Assembly: GCA_030704615.1 (NCBI GenBank)
Contig: CM060733.1
Coordinates: 75,764,001 to 75,828,000 of the forward strand
Length of the DNA stretch: 64,000 nt
From: Takakia lepidozioides
Lineage: Eukaryota > Plantae > Bryophyta
Direction: 5' to 3'
The notes below the pieces were generated by a model that saw only the letters and a program-made list of their open reading frames with translations, ran no database searches and had not been told where the DNA came from. This document shows positions 49,766-61,849 of this stretch, one piece after another. The position numbers and the translations under genes are program-made. How positions within the stretch are numbered: the first letter of the stretch is position 1; each line of letters begins with the position of its first letter.

Positions 49766-51442
49766 TACCTAGAATGAGGTACGACTTTCCCCCCAACTGC
49801 CTTTCTCTATCTCAAGTATATGAAGGGTGGTATGGGGCAAAATTCAATATGTGATCCCGGTTGATTCATGAATAATGTGGGATTCATAAGACTGGCACTA
49901 AGGGTTGCCCTTGGGGGTGTCCTTGTAGCAGGGTGTTGGAGGTGTCCAACTTACATGGCGTGTCTGTCTGGCAACGTGACATGACATTTATGTCACTATA
50001 GACTTTGGAACAGCGTGCAGATTTACACATCAGTTCTGCCTTGGGTACATTGTTGACAAAGTGCATGTGCCTCCTGTTTACATTACATAATTGCCCCAGT
50101 GATTTTGTGGGTCTTATATTGGGCAGGCTCGTGTTTATGGACCATTGAATACCAGTGGAGTGTTTTTAAGCTTGGTCCCTACTTATCATGTTTGCATTTT
50201 TCCCCAAAAGAATCCGGCAATCCGCATAGATGATGCTCTGGCTGGTTGAATGGGTTCTTTGCGTAGATGCATTTTATGGGCAGTTTCTCTCATGCCCCAG
50301 CTAACACCATCTGACTCACTTGTACAGTCCCCCATCTGTGAATGGCTCGAGCAGGGTGCAGTACATTCAGCACTACACTGCTGGTGCCCTGCAGGTGTTC
50401 CATGCCTTGCACCACATCATTATTCCCTGATGTCATCCTGCTGCTGTTCTAGCTTGGGGCAGGTCATTGGGGATATGTACATTAGAGAGAAGAACATGAG
50501 CTGTTATCTCAATTGTTTTATCATACAAGAAGCTTTCTTCATGGGCTCTCCCATTCTTAGAACACCCCCCCATGGCAAAGTGGGTGGATCGGAACAGCCC
50601 ATATTGCGAAGCTTCTGTTCCAGTACCACACGGCGTGGAGCTCCGGGACGGCCTGCTACAGCGCAGATTGCACAAGGCAATATGTTAGAGTGTCTTGGAT
50701 TTCATATTTTGTTGGTGTTCTTGGTCACTGGTCAAAGACTTTTGTTGAGCAATGTTTTGCATCACTGTCATGAGTGAAATCTATGATTTGCATGAGTTTG
50801 CCTATCCCCTGAATGCATCATTTGTTCGTCTGTCATTCCGCAGTATGAGGCTTGCTTTTGATGTTGTCCGCGATCAACAAACACTAAAATGCACGTCGCC
50901 ATTTGAACGTAATGTCACAAACAGATGCGGTTCCAGATCGCCTCTCTAGCATGTTGGCTTCACGTTCCATTCTTCTCCACAAAGCGCAAACGGCCTACTA
51001 ATCTGCTTCGTGTGCAACCCTTCCCTTCACTTGCATCCCCCGCACCACAATATCAAAACCACTTAACCAATCATATGTAGACACCTCATAAATTGTTCCA
51101 TGTCACAGACTCTCCATGTCATCACGACATGTGATGATTTGGCAGAATGCATTAGAGTGGCAGTCATGAAGTCATATGTCCGTCTAGCAATATGCACAGG
51201 TCATTCTAGTATGGGCATGACCCTGACTGGTAGTCATATCCGCCATGGCAATATTCCTGGTCAAAGGGTGTTTGACCTGTGTTGCGCAAAGTTCGGAGTC
51301 ATACAGTCGCATAAACGGCTTCGTTGTGATCTATGTTATGACTTCAAAAGGCATTTACGACTGCAAATGGCGTATCTGCCACAAATTTGTCGTGACTGCG
51401 CACCCATGGGAGTCATAAAAGCCGCAATCTGTTGTAGTGTAA

Positions 51443-52230
51443 CATAGATGAGGAGAAGCTCGTTGGTGGATCTATGGTGGTTTTGGAGTGATTTTGACAT
51501 GTTACTGTAGGTAGGGTTAGGGCGTCAGTGTCAGCTGCTAGCTGCAGCAAGGCTGAGGATGTATTCACGATTTGTACACAGGCAGGATAGCTGAAGGAGT
51601 GCAGGGATAGATTGTGGGTCCAGATTCATCCAAGAGGCACGGATTTCAAGCTCCAAATCGTATGTCTGTCTCTTGCTTAAGTGAAAGATGAAAGGTCTGG
51701 AAGCTGGAAACAGGTGCACACTCACATTATCCAAAGTGGATTCACGCCAAATGTTTTTCTACTCAACACCCTTGTCAACATGTATGTTAAGTGTGTGGAG
51801 CATCATGGATGCTCACCAAGTTTTCCACAGAGTGCCTCAACGATCTTTGATCACGTGGAATATAATGTTGGCAAGATTACCAAGGATGGGTGTGGTAGGA
51901 ATGCTTTGGAGACCTATGAGCAACTGCTGCGCGAAGGGTGAAGCCCAACCACATGACGTTTGTTTGTGTTTGCAATGCGTGTGCAAGGTTGGGAGCTCTA
52001 GAAAAGGGGAAAGAGGTCCATGGTGACATTGTCAAAGCTGGATTTGTACCAGATGTTATTCTGAACCTTGCCCTGGTGGACATGTATGCCAAATGTGGGT
52101 GCATTGAGGATGCCAAGGGAGTGTTCAACACTATGGCTGAACGAGATGTGGTGTCGGAAGCTCGACCACATCATGTTTGTGTGTGTTTGCAGTGCGTGTG
52201 CAAGCCTGGCAGCCCTGGAAAGCACATGCA
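51443..52230 (+). pseudogene. Continuation of the third PDF-PPR copy (PDF exon into PLS-PPR)
   Basis: gtccag|IHPRGTDFKLQI joins YVCLLLK..GKQVHTHIIQSGFTPNVFLLNTLVNMYVKC, followed by one PLS triplet. Confidence 0.85.
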
Positions 52231-54554
52231 GGTCATCCATGATATCCTCCCCCATGTCTCACAGACTGGAAACAAGTTCAGGGAAGTTTTCTGCTTAACT
52301 TCATTTTCATCAGACAATTTCATGGCAGCAGACATGGCTTTGGCCACTACAGCCTCTAAGTTAGATTTATCCAGCAGGGTCAAGACTGGCGGATCCAGAT
52401 TCAGATCCTTGAGAATTTTTGGGCATCCATGTGTGTGTGCAGGGGTTCAACTGCAGGATCATTGGTGGCGTATGCACTCTCAATCATTGGCATTGACCCT
52501 GTCAAGCATGGTCTCTATTATCCTCTCCCAAGTGCATGTTTGTGAAGTCCCCTGATTGATGACAGCTCATATAGCCTCTACTTGCTATATTTACTACTCA
52601 ACAAGGTTTTCATATGTGTAATGTTGAAGCAATAACTGAACCTGGACACGGACACCAAGTCCAGGAGCTGTGAGACATAAGCTAAAGTTGTCGCTGACAT
52701 GGGGGTTGGGCATGCAGGGCTTGGGTCAGGATCTCCAACTCCCACTGTCCACACCATTCAGCATTCTCACAAGCACTCCGTTGTGAGTCAACACAAAAGC
52801 AACAAAAACAAGCCAAATCCTTCCTCATCAGTTTGTTTGTATCACCACTAGGGACTGATCTCACCGAATGCACTTTTTGGGTTCCCTTTATAGGGTCACA
52901 ATCATGTCGTGAATGTCGGTTGATATCAGATTTCTTCACATTCCAAAAAACACGTTTTACATCCCGTCTTTGCCCAGTGTATGAAGTTTCAGGTCTTGAT
53001 GACAGTCGCTCTCTCAAGAAATTCACCACGTCCTCGGCATTTTGTAATTTAGGGCCTGACACATCCAACTGTGCTTGTCGCAGGATTCTTTTGACAACAG
53101 CACCTGCACCATCATGAGGGCCCTTGCCGTGCCCTGTACCAAAAAAGCTCCAAAGCAAGGCACAACCACCGGTGACATGAGGGTACCGACTCACAAAGTA
53201 CCATGGGACTTTGCTTTTAAATTGGGAAGCACAACTGTCGCTCCATATCCAATGCTCTCTTAGCCGAAGGAAAGTAGTGGATACATGTTTCCAATGCAAC
53301 AGCAAACAATGTTGTACGAAGTAATTGTCGTGGGTTTTGTCGTCCGAAATAAAAAAAATGGTACTCCATCAAGCTATCACTTCGAGGGTCATTACACTAC
53401 AACAGATCCCGGCTTTTACGTCTGCTATTTTCCAGTCGTATCAGCTTTTTATGACTGCATGACTGCCCAATCAGATAAACCCAGTCAGTTGTGACAAATG
53501 AGTCGTAAGCGCATAGAGTCTTATCTGCCAGTCGTGGAGCTCACTGTTGACGTGGCAACGGGGACGCCTAATCGTAGTTATTGTTAAGACCATAGTAAAT
53601 GACTGCAAATCCATGTCAGCTTCACGTGGAACGGAAAGGATATGCCACGTGTCACGTCAAAGGGTCTTCACGACTGGCATATACGATTCCATGGATTAAC
53701 CCCAGGACAACACATGGAGAATATCAGGAACAACACGTGGCATGACAGAGTGAGGAGAGGGGGTCTTCCAAGACTGGCATGTATGACTACACGTGGAGAA
53801 TATGGGACATGACACGTGGCATGGCAATATGGAGCGGGGGGGTCTTTCGTGACTGGCATATACGACTTCGGACGTTTAATCCCAGGTCCACACGTGGAGT
53901 AAAATTATGCAGGATGGGGGATGGTCGTTATGACTGGAACATATGACTTCCATGGCGCACTCTGGATATTGCACGTGGCACGAATATGGGCGAACACGAG
54001 GGGTGAAAGTGGCACGTGGCGGAGGCTCTGTGGATGGGAGGTAGTCGTGTACATGACCATAGTCATGGGCCTGACTCTAGCAACATTGAAACACGAAAGC
54101 AACATTGAAAGCACACGAAAACACCATTGAAACATGAAAGCGCATTTGAAATTGGAACATCGATTCAAATACAACATGACTTAATGTTCAGAGATCCGTT
54201 CCATAATCTAATCTGGTGCTGCTACAAAAATGCACAAAGCTGCAAAGTCTAAGTAGACTTCCAAATGCCTGAGCAGAAGATGCATACACTCGCTTGGCCG
54301 GACTTGGTCACCCACCTTCAACTGCCATCCAACCCAAAAACGGCAGAAGATACTTGAGCAAGCTTTCAGGCAATATAATAGCAACAACAACATTGACATA
54401 TGTGAAACAAACTAACATCGCGAAGAATGTCTAAGCACCATTACACAAACTCGATGTGTGCAAAATGGAAAATTGTAGGTAGGGAACCCTTGCCCCATTC
54501 TGGCAGTCAAGGACTGGAGGTTTGGGAGTTGTCAAGTGCTGACAGGTAGTGCGG

Positions 54555-55205
54555 TGGCTGCAAGCATCGCACTCCACGACACCACATCTCATTCAGCCAT
54601 AGTATTGAGCACTCCCTTTGCATCCTCGATGCACCCACATTTGGCATACATGTCCACCAGGTAGTGTTCATAATGATATCTCGTAATTGACAAGCATACA
54701 CATTTTTGCCTCGATTGTCCCACCATTGACTGGGGTCAAAAAAATATTCATTCCACAACTTGTCCTCATCTCTGTCACCTGTTTTTGGATACTTTCCTGT
54801 TGTCACATTGGCAGTATCATGTCAAAGTCACTCCAAACTACATTCACTCAACCAGCTAGTAACTTACAGAATTCAACATAGAAATATAGGGCCGATTCTG
54901 ATAAGAGGGAAAAACAGGGTCTCATGTGTTGAAGAAGGTGCCTTCATTAGCAGTGCCTGATTTTATCAATTGTGCCGCTGCTGCTGCGGCTTCCAGTTGA
55001 CCATCTACCTATGCAGGTTTCTTGTAGCTATCCTTCTACAGGGAATCATAGGTAATCTGGAGCTTGCAATCCGGCCCTCTTGGATGAATCTGCACCCATT
55101 TCTATCCCTGCGCCTTCAGCTATCCATGCCTAGGAGGGTATTGTTCAGAATCACATCTGGTACAATTCCAGCTTTGGTGATGCAACCATGCACCTCTTTA
55201 CACAC
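54555..55205 (-). pseudogene. PPR/PDF chimeric fragment inside the Pack-CACTA
   Basis: KEVHG.ITKAGIVPDVILN, then a full two-exon PDF unit, then VDMYAKCGCIEDAKG..DVVSWSAMLA. Confidence 0.85.
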
Positions 55206-55664
55206 ATGACAAGCTGGTGAGATTTGTAGAGTTCTACAGACCATGTTACAAGGCAAGCACTTGCATATCTGTACTCTTGAGTTATAAAACTGTGTGGTCA
55301 AGTTCTTATTACACTTCAGCGTATATGTCGTCCAGTAGAAGTGGTAGACCACCACCCGGCGTTAGGGTCCAGTGAAAGGAGACTTTAACACGTGTTTGTA
55401 AGGAAGTTTGTCCAGCCTCAAGCAATGTAGCTTTTTAGCGGTTGAGTTTCAGCTGGATAGCCTGAATAGAAGAGCTCCCCAGCCTTTTGTTCAGAAGGGG
55501 TTCATGGTCGTGTTCAAAAGGAGACAAGGTATGAGTATAGAAGGCTTCTATTCTGAGGTGGTCAGCATTTGTTAGCCTCTTGAAACTTCCCGCTCTGATG
55601 CAAGTTCTATTTTGCTGCACCTTGCAATATGTTTGTCTAGTCAAAAGAGACAAGCAAACCAAAC

Positions 55665-57056
55665 TTGGAATATACCGTCAAGTTGTCCACTTGCAGGAAG
55701 CTCAAATGTTTTGATATTGTCAGTGAGTAGCTTCTCCAATGGCACCAGCTCTAAGCCATAGTTATCATGCACCAGCTTGTAAACAAGTGCTATCAAAGTG
55801 AGATTCTTCAGACCCAACAAGTCCATCTTCAGCAAACCCAGGGCCTCAACTCCATCCATTGTGTACTGTGTGACCACCATGCCCTTCTCACCAAGGGCAT
55901 GCCGTAAGGGAACTACCTGCATGGGTCAATAATCCCGGGGAGAATGACCTTAGCGAGAGGGAAGGATGCAGGAACAATGACCAAGCCTGCTGGATGCACA
56001 CCAAACTCTTATGATTGTCCTCCAATGCCATGGCCATGTCTACCCACGCCTTCACGTGCCCCATCAGTATAGATTTGAGTCAGCAGCAAGACCTTCCCAA
56101 CAGACCTTGGATAATGTCAATAGCTTGAATTCATGAGGGGACACATACAGAATGACAATCTTGTATTGGCTCACATTTCAACGAGCCAAAGCTGGAATCA
56201 GAACACAAAAAAACTGTTTACTTATGTCAAAGGTTAAAACCCTACCCAGAATGAGGATCAGATCACAAGGAAAAAGAAGAGGAAATCACTGTGTTCCACC
56301 TGCTAAGCAAGATAACATGAAATCAATTAGGGATGAACCTCCAAGTTCTCATGATAGCGCTTGACAAACTTCTTGGAGGGAGAGTTGCATGTTATCATGT
56401 TTGCCAACTTCATAGGCTTCCCACGAATACTTGGCACCTGTTACCACCCATCTATATATTTTATCCCCGGGTGAAATCATATAAAAGCAGGTGAAGCACA
56501 ATAAACTGACACAAGATCAATTTAACCAAGGCCTCAATAAGGTGAAACATGCCAAAAAGAGATAAAGTGAAATTGGACCTCCAAACCATTAAATTAGAGA
56601 AACCAAACATCAAACACAGTTCCTGACCAGCTCGATCAACTCAGCACATTCACGGTAGGGCTTCCCCAGCATACGCCCTACATCTTTCAATATAGCTTTT
56701 GATGTCAATCGTGTCAATGTTGCGATTTGTGCTACCTGGTCCTCTCCATATTTGTTGGTAGCATATGTAATCACCTGTGGCATCCCTCGTCAGCTTTAGT
56801 TCATTTTACATGAGAAAATCCAAGGCATAAAGTTCTTTAATTACATCTTGTAACAACCTCTGTTTCTGTCAGCACAATTCATTCACTTTGTTGCGCCATC
56901 CTGTTCCCCTCCAGCTGTCAACCTTCTTCCCTCCTAACGGTACTTCCCACGTACATGCAGGTGTATTGGGGCTTGCAGAGTTCTGTGGCATTGTACCCAC
57001 CTTGTCACGCTGCTCAGGACAAAAGTCAGTGTCAATATCAGGCAACGACTGCCGCC
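55665..57056 (-). pseudogene. dnaE: Intron-containing fragment of DNA polymerase III alpha subunit (family C), cyanobacterial type
   Basis: Exons: ~57056-57001 SLPDIDTDFCPEQRDK; 56774-56628 VITYATNKYGEDQVAQIATLTRLTSKAILKDVGRML; 56437-56339 VPSIRGKPMKLANMI; 56055-55949 WVDMAMALE..FGVHPAGLVI; 55916-55665 VVTQYTMDGVEALGLLKMDLLGLKNLT..LDGIFQ. Introns are phase-0 GT-AG (one acceptor mutated). Confidence 0.92.
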
Positions 57057-57069
57057 GAAGTGGTCCCAC

Positions 57070-57513
57070 CCCTCGTCTGCCCCCTCCACCATGGCTTGGT
57101 GTTCACATGACGGAGATTTGCTTGCCTCCGTCCTACATATTGGGGACAATTTTGCGGTGAAAGCAACGGACGACAACGAGGAAAACGTGGAATTTTACAT
57201 TCTCTGTTGTTCTCGACCTCTTCATGAAGTGAAGAAGCGCTTCACTGATGCATGGCGCACTTCATTTGGCCAAGGTGACATGGCTGTGGCTGGTAAACGC
57301 TATCAGAAGTGGGGGGCAGACGACGACACCTATGTGCTGCGCAAAAATGCAGATGCGAGCTTTTGGCACCCTGAGCATGTGCGTGCCATACAGTTCCCGA
57401 TGCTACCTGCTGACCACAGGGTGTCAGGGAACAAGCCAGTGTATAAATTGCCACCATATGCAGAAGAGGGGATAATGCACGCGATTGCGGAGCTGGGCTC
57501 TACTGACAATTAG
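57070..57513 (+). pseudogene. Probable C-terminal region of a Sola-like transposase, inverted, inside the Pack-CACTA
   Basis: SHDGDLLASVLHIGDNFAVKA..NEENVEFYILCC..W..SF..GDMAVAG..YQKWG. Assignment is by resemblance only. Confidence 0.5.
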
Positions 57514-58744
57514 GCTTTCAAGATGTCAGTTGCAGCCCGTCATTTTGTAAGGTGAACATTGCTATGCCCATGCTCTACTTACTTTCCCATGGGATTTCCC
57601 TTTTGACCTATGAGCAAATGATGGGGGAAGGGGACATCATGTTACAAGTATTATGAAGTTGGACTGCATGTAAGAACTGCAATGGTATGGTAGACTAGTG
57701 GTACATGAGTTCCCATCCTACAGGGACTTCCTGGATTGGGATGCAGGAGTATCTCATTTTACAACAGGCCTTATAAGTATCTACCATTTTCCCCTATCTG
57801 GTCAAATGTGTTTGACCGCAGATCCTGACGGGGCGGAGGTACAAAGTGGCATATACGACTTCGGGTGGTCATAATTGGCAACCAGGACTGCCCCCTTGCA
57901 TTTTGCAGACATATGCTACGACTGGGCAAACGTGGTAGTCGTTAAAGCTGGGATCTATTGTAGTGTTAGGATCAAGCTCAGGGTTTCGACGCCAAGTTAT
58001 TAAAACCATGATGGTAATCTGGTAGGAATGCCAGTGCATTGATTGCACTTCATTCTGGATCTCAAAAGTATAGTTTTCTGCAAAATCAACCACTGAAACC
58101 AGAATATCAGATGGAAAATGCATCAAGCATTGTCAAAATTGCTTGTCCTCCCACCTTGCCACGAAATTGTGGCGAATGAATTCTTGCAGTTTAGGCTTCA
58201 AATATGATACGAGCTCGTGAGGTGGAGAGCGTTTGTGGACGAGAGATAGTCTTTTTTTCTCCTCTCCCTCCTTTGTCAATACTATTTGTTTCGCAAAGTG
58301 CTTCTAATCTACCATGTGCTCCGACGTGACATCCTCATCCTCCTCATAAGGACAAAGAGCTAGATTGTCAACACCATAGTTTGCGCACTCTCCATACATG
58401 CACTCGATTTTGTGCCAATCACTATACTGGTTTTTGGGGCATACCACTGACTCCCACGTGGGACACCCTGTCAAAGGTGTTTACAGCAGCTTGGCAACCA
58501 AGCTGATCACCTGATTGACACACGGATTCACATTCACATGGGCAAGAAGAGTGGATGCCCGATTTTGCTCTCATGTTGTTGAAGCCCAATCGGAGCTCCT
58601 CCCTTTCCACGTAGTAAATACAACAACAGACATTCCTCTCTGTCATCCTCTTCACAAAGAACGGTTTAAGAGAATCGAACTTGCGGCTCCCAATTATGAT
58701 ATTGGGGTGGGCTCTTTGAAATCGTAGAAAGAAGTCCATCTACA

Positions 58745-59135
58745 CACGCAACAAACCTGTTAGTCCATAAATGTCTACTGTACATTATCCATGGAAGCCC
58801 ATAGAGAGTCCACAAATAAACTAATGGACTCCAAAGCAACTCCATAAACCCTAAACCCCACATTCAATCCAGTGCAGTCCACATACATTCCAGACTTGTC
58901 CATGTCATTGCAAACAAAGGTACAAACAGTGGACTGGAATTCCACAAGCCCACATACAATGCAGTGGAGTCCACATACATTCCACACCTATCCATGTAAT
59001 TGAAAAAATAGGTACACTTGTGGACTGCAAGTCCACAAGCCCACATACAATCCACATTTCTCCATACACAATCCACGTGTCTCCATAAACTGGAACCAAC
59101 AGTGGAACTGTGGACTGCTACTACCAATTTTTCCA
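58745..59135. repeat. Degenerate GTCCACA/TCCACAT repeats in a transposase intron
   Basis: Recurrent gtccacatacattcca, cacaagcccacatacaat and gtggactg motifs. Confidence 0.7.
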
Positions 59136-61849
59136 CATTTCTGCTATACCATGACTATGGAGATGGACGCTTCTTCAAGCAACCTTATGCATTCCATACA
59201 GACATACCTGATTTGGAAGAACTCCGCTAAGTCCAATTCAGTTCAGATAAGTGGTCTACACTGCAGTCATGGACAACAAGGCCATACCCTAATTTCCACA
59301 ACTTGCTATCCTAAAGCCTAAATGTCAGGAAGACACTCATTCTTCCATAGCAACTAAAACTAGTGAATGGACTACAAGAGTTGAATGTACCTGTGGCTCC
59401 ATCAAGTAATGGGTGGGCTTCACATCGTAATCAAACGCAGCCAGCCGCTTCCGCGTTACATCTTTGGAATTCGGGCTGATGCGTGTTTGCGTAATCCACC
59501 AAGAGGTCACGACATCCATTGTTGCAGCTGAAATGATATCGTTTCTATGCTTCCTTTTTGACACACTCCACAGGAATCCTCCAGCAGAGTCAACCATGCT
59601 TGCACGGCGAACAACTGCTAAGCTGACGTTGCGGTGATGAATACACAACATGCTGGCCATGGATCTATACGATGCATTGACACCCTTGCTAACTGCAGCT
59701 ATTAATAGGGCATGCTTGCTAGCAAGCTTACCAGCAGAGTTAGAAGTTTTAGTCTCAGCCAACGATTCCATCAAACCATCTATAATGGTTTGTTGAGTAA
59801 AAACAGTCTTTGGATCTTGCAAACCAACTGGCAGCACATGGATGAGGTCAGAATGCGACAAAACCTTCCCCATAATGTGTCTCTTGCTTGCAGGTCCCGG
59901 AAATACATTTAAAGTGGTAGTAATGTGTCCCACAATCGTCTTGCAGGCTCTTCGAATTTCCCGATCCCTTACAACCTCGTCCTTCTCCTCCTGCCCGGAG
60001 ACAACATCAGGTTGCTTGTTGCGTTCTCGAAAACGACAAACGTGTGCAAGAACCAGCGCCCTTTCTCTTTGAGCCCTCTCCGTCTCTCTCTGTGCGTTCA
60101 ATTCCCTCTCTTTGCGCGTGGCTTTGGCCGCATGTACGCGTTGTGATGCTCGTTGTGATGCTGCAGTCGTCATGGCCGGTCTCAACGCTCGAAGCCTGCA
60201 CATAGCGATGAACACTTAAGACAATACTGCACATATTAGGTTTAAAACAGATCCTGTACTACTTGACAATCAAATGTAGCAAAATTGCATAAACCTACAT
60301 GACTAATATCTCCCTGAGTGACTCCCTGAGTGGCACCTACTTTCACGATGCAAAGGAACATGCATGCAAGTGCCTGTGACAGCCATCCCTGGAGACTATC
60401 CTGTGAACGTGAAAGAAAATGACAATGCATAGGCCCATCGGCCAGAATCCACCAGCCACCAATGTGCATGTAAGTTTTAGGGTGCCCCCCATCAACCCTC
60501 ACACACAACACCCAATCATCATACACTTCGTTCCTCATTTCTGAAGACACCGGAAGAATGTTGACTCCCCATGGATGTGTCTGCTCTGACACCTGATACA
60601 GAAGGAAATCGCCAGGCATGGGGTAGTCTATGCAGTACCATGGCAACGACTCCACTACAAATGTGGGGAACGAGGCAAAAGGCAGGCATTCAAGGTTCCA
60701 CAAACATTCAAACTCAATACTTCTAATTCCAGATCATCGCAGCTTAGGTACTCATCATCCGAATCATATATCAACATTGTAATGAACCTGCTCACAACTC
60801 GCTTCGACACACCTCACCGAAGTGTAGAAGCAGGGCCAGAATGCAGGGGAATGAAACAGATTCCAACAATGCGAGCAACTCGCATTACAAGAAAGAAGAC
60901 GAAACACGAAACACAGCAAGTGTGCGAGCAAATCGCGATACGCGCCTTTTCATGACCGTTTTGAAATTCCCCGGTCACGAAACAGTTTTTACGAAATTTT
61001 TAATCCCTAAACCGACACGTCATTGCATCCGTGGCACCTAACCGTGCATATGAAATCCGTTATTTCAACGGATTTTTCCATATGACACCTGGCGCACCTT
61101 CCCTACGTCATTCTACACCTCTTTAGAAAAAGGTAAAACCCCAAAATCCCCTTATTTGAAAAAATATGGACAAATGAAAATTGAGCTACTTTTTACCTAT
61201 AAATTAGTCCATAGCTCTTTATCTTTTATGTTTTTTTTCCATATGAAAGTGGATTTGGGGAGTATTCAAAAAGTGTACATCTAAACTGTTTTCCATTGTG
61301 CCTTTTCACAAGTGTACATTATGTTTATTTAGTCCATAAGTTTGTATGCTATAACAGTTACAGTCCATAGTTACAACTTTGAAAGTCCATAGCTCTTCAC
61401 TACAAAAACTTTTTGGGAATCTAACAATTGGTATATCTTCCCATTGTAGATAAGAACCTTACAACATAGAAATTGCAATAAAATTTTAAATTGTTGATCC
61501 ACTGTAGGTGACACTATCAAGGGGGGTCACTGCAAAAATTGCATAGTTACGCAGTTTTGGTCCATCCTAGCCTGCAAACACCTATTGCCCATTTTTTGGA
61601 TGTCCCTTTGGAATCTACTGCTGACACTTCTTGCATTAGAGATATTGATGATCCTTCTCTCAAGGGTTCCGGCCCACAATTTGACTGTGTGTCAATTTGG
61701 TTTGTGGGTTCCATGAAAGTTTCGGTTCCTCCGGGTTTCAATTGGGTGCCTTCATTGCTACCTGTTAATCCCAGACTGAATTACAAGGTCTCCCATTTAC
61801 AACCATCAAATCGTGAGAACCTCATGGGCTTTGCTATATTCAACCCTAC

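Larger units (their letters stand above)
38026..51439. mobile_element. CACTA/EnSpm transposon, 13.4 kb
   Basis: Right TIR (reverse complement) CACTACAACAGATTGCGGCTTTTA matches left CACACCAATAGATTGCGGCTTTTA. 3-bp TSD TAA (38023-38025, 51440-51442). The flanks rejoin into the PDF-unit sequence seen at 4550-4590. Confidence 0.95.
53395..57965. mobile_element. Non-autonomous Pack-CACTA, 4.57 kb
   Basis: TIRs CACTACAACAGATCCCGGCTTT and (reverse complement) CACTACAATAGATCCCAGCTTT. TSD TTA (53392-53394, 57966-57968). Confidence 0.95.
52720..60215 (-). mobile_element. Sola-like (DDD) DNA transposase pseudogene interrupted by a CACTA
   Basis: N-terminal exon ~59390-60215, then CCCIY, VDFAENYTFEIQNEVQSMHWHSYQIT, WSDSCASQFKS and FFGTGHGKGPHDGAG. 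Removing 53395-57968 restores RRNPELDPNDPRSDSLMEYHFF. The superfamily call is from motif memory only. Confidence 0.75.

Noticed and set aside
55665-57056. dnaE as bacterial contamination or a raw organellar insertion
   Set aside because: It is interrupted by GT-AG introns at codon boundaries and sits inside a CACTA with a TSD, nested in plant TE sequence.
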